From: a virus
Length of the DNA stretch: 64,000 nucleotides
Virus record (IMG/VR): IMGVR_UViG_3300028549_003076
Span: 1 to 64,000 of that record
Strand: one strand, 5' to 3'
A program made the translations under genes and the position numbers. Positions within the stretch are counted from its first letter, which is position 1; the number at the start of each line of letters is the position of its first letter. Below are positions 36,627 through 47,275 of this stretch, in pieces. A model generated the notes under the pieces. It ran no database searches. It was not told where the DNA came from and worked only from the letters and a program-made list of their open reading frames with translations.

Positions 36627-38609
36627 ATGAATCAAGGTATAAATAAACTTAATAATTTTCCATCGCCAAATAAAGAAATTTTTTTGAAATTCATAGCAGG
36701 AATAAATAATCTTGGTTGGTGGGTTACAACAACTTCAGGATACAGAAGTTATGATGAACAAAAAAGACTTTGGTTGGCAAATAAGAAAAATGCTAAACCA
36801 GGAAATTCACCACACAACCATTACAGAGCAATTGATATTAATCCTGTAAATAAGAAAACAAGAAAACAATTATACAAAAAATCTGCAAAGCAAGATTGGT
36901 TAGATAGTGGAATACCACAATTAGCAAATTCATTAGGTTTAAAATGGGGTGATTTTGCTAATTATGTTGACAGGGTTCATTTTGAAATTCCAAGAAATGG
37001 TAAAGTTGAAGAAATAAAATATAATGAAAATTCTGATGAAGTATCTTCAAAAAGTAAGATATACAAAGGATTAGATATTTGGAATATAAATATTGGTGAA
37101 AAAGCAATTCAAAATGTTGTTGATGAAAAGGAGTTGGAAAAAATAGATGAGTATGTTACAAAAGTATCAGAAATTCAAAAACATAAAGCAAACGGAATAT
37201 GGCAAATAATTAAATTAGTTGCTGACCAATATTCATTAAGTCAAAATATAAATGATGCAACCATTGCATTTAATCAAGGTAGTTTGTTAAATTTTTTACA
37301 AAAAGTAGTACAAAAGCCATGGCTTGAATTTTGGGGTGAAACTGTCGGAGACCAATATTATTTTATTGTTAGGAAAGAGCCATTTGATTCAATAGGTTGG
37401 AATAATTTACCAATAATAAAAAATATATATGAAGATGATATTTTATCAGATGAATTAAGTTGGTATCAAGGTGATATTTATTCTTGGTATCAAATAATAC
37501 CAAGAGGTTCATTTTTAGGTGAGCAGAACTTGATTTTTGCTTATGTAACAGCTGTTTATTTTGAAGAATATGCAGAAATTTTTGGAAGTAAACCAAATAT
37601 CCAAGTCAGTAATTATGTAAATTTTGTAAAAATAGATGAAGACAATAAAATGTTTTCAAAAGCATTAGATGATTTGAGATATATGGTTGAAAGTAATGCT
37701 TATTTACCATTTACAAGACAAGGAACAATAACAATAAAAATAGATACTACAATAAAAAGAGGATACAGAATTTTTTACCATCCGACAGGTGAATTTTTTT
37801 ATGTTGATGCAGTCAGTCATTCATACAACATATCAGATGGTGGGGTTGATGGAACAACTACTTTAAAGGTTTCAAGAGGTGTTGTTGCAAGATATATGCA
37901 AGATTATTTCAATATAATATCATTTGATAATCCACCACCAATAAAACAAGAATATGAAGAACAAATTTTTGATGATATTGCTGTTTTTTATTTTGATAAT
38001 GGACGTCCATATTTAATAGATATTGATGAAACATTTTCAAATAATAATCGTACTGATAAAAAAATGAATGAGCAAATAAAACAATTTCCAAATTTAAGAA
38101 ATGATTTAAACAATAGAAATAAAAAAAGTATTGAATCAGTTGCTGACTATCTTAATAGACATAAAGAACAAAAATTTATAGTTTTAGGTGCAATTGATGA
38201 AGATGGAGGAAAATCTTTTCAAAGATTAGCACAACAAAGAGCCAATACAGTTAAAAATTTAGTTATATCAAAATATCTTGAAAAATATAATGATTTAACA
38301 AGAAGTGAATTGATTGAAAAAATACAAGCTGAAGGATATACAGGTGCTGATTTTAAAATTGATGAATCAAAAATAAATAAAGATTTGGCAAGTGAACAAT
38401 TAGTTCAGTTAGGTGAAGAAGATGCTGTGAATGTAGTTAGTTCAGATTTACGTGAAAAAGCATATAAAAGAACAGCTGCTTTCAGAGTAATTGATTACAA
38501 ACAAAAAAAGGAGAGAGAGGTTCAACAAAAAGGTGTTAATTGGAAAGTTAATCGTAAAATATTCAATTTCTTTTTGAATAGAAAACAAAATATAAGTGAT
38601 TCAATATGA
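36627..38609 (+). CDS. baseplate-associated cell-wall hydrolase: N-terminal M15 peptidase + C-terminal OmpA-like peptidoglycan-binding domain
   Basis: GYRSYDEQKRLW...SPHNHYRAIDIN...VDRVHFE (VanY/M15-type H..D...H). C-terminal KFIVLGAIDEDGGKSFQRLAQQRANTVKNLV fits the OmpA_C pattern (GhtD..G...N..LS..RA..V). Confidence 0.7.
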   Translation: MNQGINKLNNFPSPNKEIFLKFIAGINNLGWWVTTTSGYRSYDEQKRLWLANKKNAKPGNSPHNHYRAIDINPVNKKTRKQLYKKSAKQDWLDSGIPQLANSLGLKWGDFANYVDRVHFEIPRNGKVEEIKYNENSDEVSSKSKIYKGLDIWNINIGEKAIQNVVDEKELEKIDEYVTKVSEIQKHKANGIWQIIKLVADQYSLSQNINDATIAFNQGSLLNFLQKVVQKPWLEFWGETVGDQYYFIVRKEPFDSIGWNNLPIIKNIYEDDILSDELSWYQGDIYSWYQIIPRGSFLGEQNLIFAYVTAVYFEEYAEIFGSKPNIQVSNYVNFVKIDEDNKMFSKALDDLRYMVESNAYLPFTRQGTITIKIDTTIKRGYRIFYHPTGEFFYVDAVSHSYNISDGGVDGTTTLKVSRGVVARYMQDYFNIISFDNPPPIKQEYEEQIFDDIAVFYFDNGRPYLIDIDETFSNNNRTDKKMNEQIKQFPNLRNDLNNRNKKSIESVADYLNRHKEQKFIVLGAIDEDGGKSFQRLAQQRANTVKNLVISKYLEKYNDLTRSELIEKIQAEGYTGADFKIDESKINKDLASEQLVQLGEEDAVNVVSSDLREKAYKRTAAFRVIDYKQKKEREVQQKGVNWKVNRKIFNFFLNRKQNISDSI

Positions 38610-39523
38610 GTGATGAAATATTAGGAATAAAAGGAATAGCAGCTGATAATCAAAATGCTGGAGTTGGTTTTGTAATAATACCAAAACATGTTGACATCAA
38701 AACTTATAAAGAAGATGTTTACAGGTCAGGACGCATATCTATTTATGGTGGTTATGGACATTCAAATTTCAATAATATTTTAGTTGATAGAGAAGTTTTA
38801 CAGAGAATTAAGTTTCCAAATAATTCAGATGAAAAAGGTAGTGCTGTTGTTTGGATTAATATACCTTATCACAATGAACCTATTGTTATTGCTTGTCTAA
38901 AATATGATGAAGATTTTCATTCATTATCAGAAAATAGAAAACGTGATACAAAATCTGATGGCAATGGAAATATGGTTGATTTTGACCAAGATGGTAATAA
39001 TGCTAAAGCAAAACTTCAAATAACTGCTAATGAGAAAAACAATGGTGAATATGAGATAAATATATCATCAGTTAATCATAATGGAAGATTTAAAGTAATA
39101 GTTGATGGAGAAATCCTTCAAAAAGCATCTGATAAAATAATTAGAATTTCTGAAAATAAAATTGTCGATGCTGTAACAAATAAAGCTGGTGTCGTTAGAG
39201 GAAAAATTGAATTGAATCCAAATAAGGATAGTGAGCACATTTTAGATTTTCAAGATGATTATGGTAATAAAATAACATCAAAAAAAGATGAATTAAATAT
39301 AAGGGCAGATAATTCAAAAAAAATAAATTTAGGTGATGGAAAGGAACCTGTTGTTTTAGCAAAAACTTTAAAATCAATTCTTGATAAATATGATGATGCT
39401 TTGTCAAAATTAACTGTACCAACAGCATTTGGACCAAGTGGAACAAGAATAAATGACAGTGAATTTAAGGCTGTTAGAAAGGAATTTGAAACATTTTTTA
39501 GTAAATTAACAAATTCAGATTAA
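38606..39523 (+). CDS. baseplate central spike-like protein (gpV/gp45 position), tentative
   Basis: GSAVVWINIPYHNEPIVIACL resembles the OB-fold spike motif (G..V.v.f..gd...P.V.g). Its position fits as well. Confidence 0.4.
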   Translation: MSDEILGIKGIAADNQNAGVGFVIIPKHVDIKTYKEDVYRSGRISIYGGYGHSNFNNILVDREVLQRIKFPNNSDEKGSAVVWINIPYHNEPIVIACLKYDEDFHSLSENRKRDTKSDGNGNMVDFDQDGNNAKAKLQITANEKNNGEYEINISSVNHNGRFKVIVDGEILQKASDKIIRISENKIVDAVTNKAGVVRGKIELNPNKDSEHILDFQDDYGNKITSKKDELNIRADNSKKINLGDGKEPVVLAKTLKSILDKYDDALSKLTVPTAFGPSGTRINDSEFKAVRKEFETFFSKLTNSD

Positions 39524-39524
39524 T

Positions 39525-39971
39525 ATGGAAAAGGATATTTTATTTGAGGAAATAAGAAAAATTAATGATGTTGGATTTGAAAAATTTGAAAAATTTCCAC
39601 AATCAATTGATGAAGCGGCAAAAAGATGGAGTAATGCTATATTCAAACATTGTGAAGATGTAATTCCACCATCAATAACATTAGAACAAGCAAAACAATC
39701 TTGTTATATTGAACTTTTAAAAGTTTCAAGTAATCCAAAACAATTTGAAATTGCTATAATGAAATTTGCAGAAGTTATGAAAGATGGTATGATTGGATTT
39801 AATGGTATAATGCCTCCTATTGATTTGAACCTATTTAGTGTGTTTACAAAAGGATTTGCAGGAGCATCATCAATAGATATTGCAGATGAGTTGTCTGAAA
39901 AAATAAATTCTTGGTTTAAAACAGGAACAGCTATAAATGTAAGTAGTGGAATAACAATAAATTGGAATTAA
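39525..39971 (+). CDS. baseplate-region protein
   Basis: 148-aa ORF. No motif recognised. Confidence 0.5.
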   Translation: MEKDILFEEIRKINDVGFEKFEKFPQSIDEAAKRWSNAIFKHCEDVIPPSITLEQAKQSCYIELLKVSSNPKQFEIAIMKFAEVMKDGMIGFNGIMPPIDLNLFSVFTKGFAGASSIDIADELSEKINSWFKTGTAINVSSGITINWN

Positions 39972-39972
39972 A

Positions 39973-40707
39973 ATGTCTGTTGATTTTGTAAAAAGAAAAG
40001 CACAAGAAACAATCTTTGAATTAGGTAGGGGAGCATTACATGCCATCGCTCCAGATGATTTTGAGTTTTATGCTTGTACTTTGGAATTGGTGAATTCAGC
40101 TGGTAATATTGAAGATATTTTTCATTTTCCAGTAATGCCTGCAGGAATTTCTGTTGGAAGACAATCACTATTGAGTATAAAAAAATCAGGCTCAAGTTAT
40201 TTGACACAATTTAATAATTCATTTGTTGGAAAATCAATATCAATAAATGGAACATTTGGAAGGAGATTTAGACTACTAATAAACAGAGGTGTTGGTAACA
40301 ATATTAATGATGATTTTGGAAAATTAAAAAGTTCAAAATTTGATTTGAAAGTAAAAACTGGTTATGGTGCTATGAAGTTGCTTGAAAATATAATAGAAAA
40401 AAGTCAAAAATTAGATGAATATGGTCAGCCAAAATATCTTGTCTTTTATAATTATACATTAAACCATAACCATATTGTAGAGGTTTTAAATTTCAGTTTG
40501 CAACAAAGTGTAGAAAATAATATGATGTGGAATTATTCAATGGAATTAAAAGCAGTAGCACCAGCAGATGCTTTACTTTTTTCAAGTGATAATAAAACAC
40601 ATCTTTATAATCTATTAGCAATGAATGCTTTGAATAAAGCAACATCAAAAATTTTAGGGAATATTACTTTAACAAGTTCAATCAAAAAAATAAAGAAAAT
40701 ATTGTGA
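39973..40707 (+). CDS. baseplate-region protein
   Basis: 244-aa ORF. No motif recognised. Confidence 0.5.
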   Translation: MSVDFVKRKAQETIFELGRGALHAIAPDDFEFYACTLELVNSAGNIEDIFHFPVMPAGISVGRQSLLSIKKSGSSYLTQFNNSFVGKSISINGTFGRRFRLLINRGVGNNINDDFGKLKSSKFDLKVKTGYGAMKLLENIIEKSQKLDEYGQPKYLVFYNYTLNHNHIVEVLNFSLQQSVENNMMWNYSMELKAVAPADALLFSSDNKTHLYNLLAMNALNKATSKILGNITLTSSIKKIKKIL

Positions 40708-41630
40708 TAACAAATGATTTAATAGATAAGTTCAATACAATATCAAATTACCCATTAGATGATTTTTTTAATGAGTCAAGGAGTTTTTTTGATAATGATT
40801 ATGTAAATATTTTTAATTTCTTCAGTGGGAATATTGAAACACTTGATAAAGCAAATATAAAAAAATTAAACAAACTTGTAGAACAATCTGTAATAATATC
40901 TAATATTTTTCAAGATAAAAAAAGAATGTTTAATACAGTTGATTTTTGGGAATTATTAGATACTTTTGAAGATATAAAAACAAAATTACAAACAACTATA
41001 AAAATTCCAAAATATGTTAGGTCATCAATAATTGCAAACAATAATAAGTCAGGATTTGTTTTTGATTATAATTTATCAAGTGAGCAAACACTTGAAAATA
41101 TAACTACAAATATTTTGAATGAAAAAAATCAAGAAAATTCTTGGACAAAAATTGCATTAGAAAATGATTTGAAGGAAGTTGATTATGATATAATTGGAGG
41201 CAAAAATTTAAAATTAAGAAAACGTATTTTTCAAAATAATATAGTTACATCAATGATTGATTATACTATTGGAGAGAAAATATATGGCAAAGATTTGAAA
41301 AGATTTTTAACTTTTAAAAATGATGATTTAGAAGTTTTAGAATACAAAGAAACTGCAATACAAAGTGTTGAAATATTATCAACACTAACAAAAGGGGATA
41401 TACCAGAATTTGAAAATTTAGGTATTGATTCAAATGTTTACAAGGGTTCAAACTATTCTCAATTAAATTATCCTTCAATAGTGCGTGAATTGAAAAGAAA
41501 TTTTCAAACTGATGATTTATTTGTTGATTTTCAAATAAAAAGTTTTAGATTAGAAGATGGTGATATTTTTATAGAATATAGTATTGGAACAAAATATGAT
41601 TTAGTTATAATAAAAAACATAACAATATGA
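40704..41630 (+). CDS. baseplate-region protein
   Basis: 308-aa ORF with ATGA-type overlaps on both sides. Confidence 0.5.
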   Translation: MITNDLIDKFNTISNYPLDDFFNESRSFFDNDYVNIFNFFSGNIETLDKANIKKLNKLVEQSVIISNIFQDKKRMFNTVDFWELLDTFEDIKTKLQTTIKIPKYVRSSIIANNNKSGFVFDYNLSSEQTLENITTNILNEKNQENSWTKIALENDLKEVDYDIIGGKNLKLRKRIFQNNIVTSMIDYTIGEKIYGKDLKRFLTFKNDDLEVLEYKETAIQSVEILSTLTKGDIPEFENLGIDSNVYKGSNYSQLNYPSIVRELKRNFQTDDLFVDFQIKSFRLEDGDIFIEYSIGTKYDLVIIKNITI

Positions 41631-42823
41631 TTACAAAGATAACAACAATTGAAGAATTGAAACAAATATTTACAGAGTCATTATTGAATAATACTGATAA
41701 AGTAACAAAAATATCTGATGGTTCAGTTTTAAATGGTATAGCATATGGTACAGCAAAATTAGCTCAAAAAACTTTAAAAGATATATCAATAATTGAATCA
41801 CACATATTTCCAGATAGTGCAGTTGGAGAGTATCTTGATAATATAGCAAGATTGAGAGGAGTATCTCAAAGATTTGGAAACTCATCATCATCTGTTTATG
41901 TTAGAATTGTTGGAATTCCTGGAACCACCTATTTACCAGCAACTCATATATTTTTAGGCAAAGGATATAATTTTAATTTATTACAACCTGTTACAATTCC
42001 TTCATTTGGTTATGTTTATGCTAAATTAAATTGCCAATCATCAGGTCAAGATAGTAATATTGGACCATTAACAATAACAAAAGTCAATCCAATTCCATCA
42101 GGACATAATTATTGTATAAATGAATTTGCAGCAGTAGGTGGACGTGATTTTGAAAATGATGATGATTTTCGTAAAAGAATAAAAGATGAAGTGAATTCAT
42201 TATCAAGAGGAACTCTGTCTTATTTAGAACAAATTTTCAAAAAATTTAATTCTAATGTTTTGAGAGTTTTTAATTTAGGATTAGATAATGAAGGAGATTT
42301 AAACTTATCAATAGCATCTGTAAATGGAATTGACTTTACAACATCTGAACTATCTGATTTTTTGAAAAAGGGTGAACAATATTTTTCAATGAATGAATAC
42401 AAACCAAATGGATTGAATAATTACGGAATAAAATTAAAAAATGTAACATATTTTCCAATTGATGTTAGTTTTAGAGTTGATATTGATGGAAGTTTTGATG
42501 TTGATGATGTTCGTAAAAATATACAAATTCAAATGAATAAAGTGTATGATTATAGATATTGGGAAGATGGTGATGGTATAGATTGGATTGATTTAATCAA
42601 TTCTGTAAAATCAATTAATGGTGTCAATAGAGTTTTAGATAATCATTTTTTTCCAAATAAATATACTGAAATACCAAGAGGTCAATTACCAAGGATACGT
42701 GGGTTTATGATGATGAATATGAAAGGTGAAATAATAAAAGATTTACAAGGGAATTTGAATCCTATATATTATCCTGCTAAAAATGATTTTGATTATCAAT
42801 CAACAGTTTTAAAATCTATTTAA
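41627..42823 (+). CDS. baseplate J-like (gp6/gpJ family) wedge protein
   Basis: DGSVLNGIAYGTAKLAQKTLKDISIIESHIFPDSAVGEYLDNIARLRGVSQR fits the Baseplate_J N-terminal pattern. Confidence 0.7.
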   Translation: MITKITTIEELKQIFTESLLNNTDKVTKISDGSVLNGIAYGTAKLAQKTLKDISIIESHIFPDSAVGEYLDNIARLRGVSQRFGNSSSSVYVRIVGIPGTTYLPATHIFLGKGYNFNLLQPVTIPSFGYVYAKLNCQSSGQDSNIGPLTITKVNPIPSGHNYCINEFAAVGGRDFENDDDFRKRIKDEVNSLSRGTLSYLEQIFKKFNSNVLRVFNLGLDNEGDLNLSIASVNGIDFTTSELSDFLKKGEQYFSMNEYKPNGLNNYGIKLKNVTYFPIDVSFRVDIDGSFDVDDVRKNIQIQMNKVYDYRYWEDGDGIDWIDLINSVKSINGVNRVLDNHFFPNKYTEIPRGQLPRIRGFMMMNMKGEIIKDLQGNLNPIYYPAKNDFDYQSTVLKSI

Positions 42824-42824
42824 T

Positions 42825-43169
42825 ATGGAAAAAATACTCAATACAGTCAGTAAAAATGAAATTGATAATCTTAATAATTTATCATCAACTAATGGTAAAT
42901 TAACCATAGAAACAAATTTTGAAAGAAATGAGGAGTTGAATGATTTTGGTGAAATTCTTGACTTAAATAAAGTATCAACAGACCAAGTTGAAATATTAGA
43001 CAAAAGAAAGGTTAAAAATGGAATTGAAGGAATTGAATGTGAACTGTTAGTGAATCATTCAAAAGATGTTAGATTTGAATTAGATGTTGATGGAAGTTTG
43101 AAAATAACTGATTATAATGTTGAAAAATATGAATTAAATGATTTAGGTGAATTAATAATGAAATTATGA
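42825..43169 (+). CDS. baseplate-region protein
   Basis: 114-aa ORF between the J-like gene and the next wedge/fibre gene. Confidence 0.45.
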   Translation: MEKILNTVSKNEIDNLNNLSSTNGKLTIETNFERNEELNDFGEILDLNKVSTDQVEILDKRKVKNGIEGIECELLVNHSKDVRFELDVDGSLKITDYNVEKYELNDLGELIMKL

Positions 43170-44860
43170 TAATAAATAACACATTAACAGAAATAGGAGA
43201 TGTATTGATAATCTATTCACAAGTAGTTATCAGTTCAAAAGTTAAATTTACAAATTATCAAGATGAAGTTGAAGGTGTTAATTCAAATAGATTTTTTATA
43301 AAGAAATTTAGATTTTCATTTGATGGTTTAAACTACTCTGAATGGATTGAATTAAATGATTCAAATTTACAAAATATTGAGGGAACAAGTTATGGACTAT
43401 TATTTTTTGAATTTAGATATGAAAGAAGTGGTGGTGATAATAGTGGAGTTTTGGTATTTAAAAATGTAAAATTATTTGGTGATGTTATTTTACAAATTGT
43501 AAATAATACATCAACATTAGATAGTATTTTTGAGGAGTTATCAAATAATGATTTTTATACACAAGCTGTTAGAAATAATCTTTTGAGAAAAATTTATCAT
43601 GCTGGAATTTTGCCTAAATTTATTGAGCGTGGTCAAGATGTAGTAGATAATGACTTCATATCACTTTGGTCAGCAGTTTGTATATTTATTTCATATTGTA
43701 ATGCTTTTGCTGATAATTTTGAGAATATATTATTTAAAAGAAAATATTTGGCAGAATATTTAAAACAAAATAACATTCAATTTGATGATAAAGAAATAAC
43801 ATATAATTTACTTTATTTTTTATCATCTAATTTTTATGATGAAATAAGGAAACGTGGAACATCATTGACTTATAAAAAACAAGGTACAAAACTAATTAAT
43901 GATTCAATAACGCAGATAGATGGTGAATGGTTAAGATTATTATGTAGAAATCATTATGATGAGTTTTTATTAGAAATTATACAAAAAGAACATTCTGGAT
44001 TTTGTATTGGAAAATCATCGCCAAATTACAATGGAACTTATTTTTCAAAACAATTAAACAAAACTGAAGAGAATGAATCAGATTTTATTGATTTGTCAAA
44101 ATACACAATAATTGGAAATCCTTCAATACAAAATGAAGATGGTAAAAATTGTCTATTGATAAATTCAGATAGTGGTTTAGGTTTTGATTTAGATAATCCT
44201 GATGAATATGTTTTGATTGAAAAATTAATAAATATTGATGAGGAAGTTGATTATGAAATGACTTTCAATTTTTTAAGAAAATCAGGAAATTCAAATTTAA
44301 AAGTAGGTATTATTTGCTATAATAGAAATGGAGTAATTTTACACAATTCTACAATAAAAACAATTGATGGTTTAATTTCAAATAAGATTTTAGATGAAGA
44401 TTTACAATCAATATCTAAAATAAGTGATTGCTGGTATTCATTCAGAGGGATATTGTTTTCAAAAGGTACTCCTGTAAATTATCTAAAAACAAATTTAAAC
44501 AAAGGTACAAATTTGATAATAAAAAATAAAACTCAAAAAGTTGAAAAAATAAAATTATCAATATACACTTCAAACTCATCTGCTTTACAATTATTTATAC
44601 ATGATTTTAAATTCAGACCATTAGTGAGAGGAAAAAATATTTCAAAAAAACAAATAAATAAAGCTGAATATTCAGACCCATATATAAAAAATCCTCAATT
44701 TTTACAATCAAACACTTTTTGTTTAAATTGGAGAAAAAATAATAATCAAGAAAAAAATGATTTAATGGTTGACAATTTTATTCAAAACTATCTTTTACCA
44801 TATCAACAAAAGTTAGTATCAATTCCATTAACTCCTTATATTGAAGATAAACAAGTATAG
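43166..44860 (+). CDS. baseplate wedge / fibre-attachment protein (gpI position)
   Basis: 564-aa ORF downstream of the J-like gene. Assigned by position only. Confidence 0.45.
   Translation: MIINNTLTEIGDVLIIYSQVVISSKVKFTNYQDEVEGVNSNRFFIKKFRFSFDGLNYSEWIELNDSNLQNIEGTSYGLLFFEFRYERSGGDNSGVLVFKNVKLFGDVILQIVNNTSTLDSIFEELSNNDFYTQAVRNNLLRKIYHAGILPKFIERGQDVVDNDFISLWSAVCIFISYCNAFADNFENILFKRKYLAEYLKQNNIQFDDKEITYNLLYFLSSNFYDEIRKRGTSLTYKKQGTKLINDSITQIDGEWLRLLCRNHYDEFLLEIIQKEHSGFCIGKSSPNYNGTYFSKQLNKTEENESDFIDLSKYTIIGNPSIQNEDGKNCLLINSDSGLGFDLDNPDEYVLIEKLINIDEEVDYEMTFNFLRKSGNSNLKVGIICYNRNGVILHNSTIKTIDGLISNKILDEDLQSISKISDCWYSFRGILFSKGTPVNYLKTNLNKGTNLIIKNKTQKVEKIKLSIYTSNSSALQLFIHDFKFRPLVRGKNISKKQINKAEYSDPYIKNPQFLQSNTFCLNWRKNNNQEKNDLMVDNFIQNYLLPYQQKLVSIPLTPYIEDKQV
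44851..44860 (+). promoter_or_regulatory. ACAAGTAT(T/A)A-type box
   Basis: acaagtatag overlaps the stop codon, 33 nt before the fibre ATG at 44884. Confidence 0.3.
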
Positions 44861-44883
44861 AACAAACATAAATATAGAAAATT

Positions 44884-47274
44884 ATGTCAAAATTAAAAAT
44901 TAGTGAAAATCTTTTTTTAGAAGTAGCAGAACTCAATAGATTAGTTAAATTTTTAGATGATGATGGCTTTAAAAGACATTTTCTAATAAATACTGATTCA
45001 TTCGGTTTGGTAAAACAATTCAACATATCTGATATTGGAAATGTAAATATTGAAGATTGTTTTTATGTTGAAAAATCAGGAACTCCATTTGATGAAGTTA
45101 CTATAAATAAAGGTATTGCTGTTGATTCATCTGCTAATTTGATAATCAACAATTCAACAAAAAATCTAAAAATTCCAAACGATGGTTTATGGTATTGGAT
45201 AAAAATTAAACACAAATTTTCAAATAATGAAATTGGTAAATTATCAATTGATAATTTAGGTAATGTCGTTGGAGTAAATACAGAATTTACAAAAATATTC
45301 AGAGGTCAGCCAAATTTTCCTACAAAAATAAAATTTCTAAATTCTGTAAATGGAAATAGTGATATTTATGAAGTTGTGAAAGTTATTGATGACAACAATA
45401 TGATTTTACAAGGAGATTTTATAAATGAAAATAATTTAGAATTTGCAGTTCATGGAACTTTTACACCAGGATTTGTTGTAGATAATGATAAAAAATTAAT
45501 TTATAATTATGATAATGTTGAAATTTCATTAGTTGGTGAAAATCTATTTAATGAGCAACCAAATTTCATTTTTAATAAAGAATTTTATATAGCACGTGTT
45601 AAAAATAATGGAGTCAATCTATCATTGGAAGATAAAAGAACAAATTGGTGGCAAACTGAAGCTGTTAATATGTTAAAAAATCTTGATAGGAATTTAGAAA
45701 ATCCATTAATAGGTGTTGAAAATTTAAAGTGGGATGTAAAAACTTCAACAAGAGCAAAAAACTGGGTTGAACTTGCATTTGGATTTAGATTTTCATCATT
45801 CACAATTGATACTTCATCTAAAAGGATTTCAATATTAATTGGACAAGGTGGTGTCTATAAAGATACATCATTTTTTCAAAATGGAGATTTTACTGGTTGG
45901 AGATTGTATTCAAAAAATGGAAAGCATCAAACAATAATTGATAGTATTAAAACAGGAACTCAAATTGTTGTAACATTAGATGTTTTAGATATTGATGATT
46001 ACACATCTGGAGATTTGTTATTCATAACTCCACCTTTTGAAGAAATAGAAATCAGAGTAAGACGTGACGGAGCAATTTTAGATGTAAATGATGCTAATCA
46101 AAACTCAATAACAAATGAAGCATTTCCATTTCCAAATATTGAGGAAATACATAATTTTTCAATAAATACTCCACTTGCACGTTTTCAAATTCCTGCTCCT
46201 GATGGTTGTTATTTATTCAACTTAACTTATAGATGCAAAATTTTTAATGATTATTCAGATTGGCAATCATTTCCTGATGATTATGTAGGTTTATATAAGG
46301 AACGTTCATTTGATGACTATGGTAATTTGAATCCTGAACCTATTGACCGTGAAAGGTTGCCATATAGTGGTCATCCTGAAAATGGTTTTATTAAAGTTTG
46401 TGAACATATTTACTCATTCAATAACTTTCAAACAGAAATTGATACAGGTGATAAGTTTGGAGTTTTTACAAGACCATTCTCAGCTGCTGAACCATTGATA
46501 AATTTAGTTGTAGGATTAGATAAAAAATATCAACATTTCAAAGGTAATGAATACACTATGGAAAATGATATTTATATCAATTTAAGTAGAAATAATGTAA
46601 AAGGAGTTCAATGTCGTGAAGGAAATATTTTTTATATACATATTGAACAATTCATTAATCAAACATCATTTAAAATTAGAATAGTTGAAGATTATGTTAA
46701 TCCTGTTTCAAATAATCTAATTGCAGAACTGACTGCAAATGATTTGATATATGTTAGAAATAATTTTGAAACTAATTCAAGAAGTGGTTTATTCATAACT
46801 TGTACTTTTAATGATTTAGGTCATTGGATTTGTCATTTTGATACTGATGTTAATCCAAAAGGAAGTATTAAAATGTTGAGAAATGTTCCTGCAAATTCTT
46901 TTAATTCATCAGGTGTTGGAATTAAAAAAGGATATTTTGGATGGAAGATTATGGAAGATATGTTAGATACATTTCCAATGGGTACTAATAATGTTACTCA
47001 AATAGACCAAGTTGGAGGTTCAAACTCAAAAGCAATAACTGTAGACATGTTACCAGAACATGACCACTTTATGTTTGTAAATAATGATAATGGGGGTGGA
47101 CCAAGTGCAGCAACTGGACATAGTACAGATGGTAATATGGGATATTCTATACATTCTGGAAATGGTGAAGCAAATTCATACAAAACAGGAAAGGCAGGAG
47201 GTTCATCAAATCCACAACCAATTGATTTGAGACCAAAATTTTACAAACTTTTATTCATAGAAAAAATAGTGTAA
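44884..47274 (+). CDS. tail fibre with C-terminal phage tail-collar domain
   Basis: 796 aa. The C-terminus FPMGTNN...GGSNSKAITVDMLPEHDHFMF...NPQPIDLRPKFYKLLFI fits the tail-collar fibre domain pattern (P.H.H ... qP..n..P.y..l.yiI). Confidence 0.75.
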   Translation: MSKLKISENLFLEVAELNRLVKFLDDDGFKRHFLINTDSFGLVKQFNISDIGNVNIEDCFYVEKSGTPFDEVTINKGIAVDSSANLIINNSTKNLKIPNDGLWYWIKIKHKFSNNEIGKLSIDNLGNVVGVNTEFTKIFRGQPNFPTKIKFLNSVNGNSDIYEVVKVIDDNNMILQGDFINENNLEFAVHGTFTPGFVVDNDKKLIYNYDNVEISLVGENLFNEQPNFIFNKEFYIARVKNNGVNLSLEDKRTNWWQTEAVNMLKNLDRNLENPLIGVENLKWDVKTSTRAKNWVELAFGFRFSSFTIDTSSKRISILIGQGGVYKDTSFFQNGDFTGWRLYSKNGKHQTIIDSIKTGTQIVVTLDVLDIDDYTSGDLLFITPPFEEIEIRVRRDGAILDVNDANQNSITNEAFPFPNIEEIHNFSINTPLARFQIPAPDGCYLFNLTYRCKIFNDYSDWQSFPDDYVGLYKERSFDDYGNLNPEPIDRERLPYSGHPENGFIKVCEHIYSFNNFQTEIDTGDKFGVFTRPFSAAEPLINLVVGLDKKYQHFKGNEYTMENDIYINLSRNNVKGVQCREGNIFYIHIEQFINQTSFKIRIVEDYVNPVSNNLIAELTANDLIYVRNNFETNSRSGLFITCTFNDLGHWICHFDTDVNPKGSIKMLRNVPANSFNSSGVGIKKGYFGWKIMEDMLDTFPMGTNNVTQIDQVGGSNSKAITVDMLPEHDHFMFVNNDNGGGPSAATGHSTDGNMGYSIHSGNGEANSYKTGKAGGSSNPQPIDLRPKFYKLLFIEKIV

Positions 47275-47275
47275 T

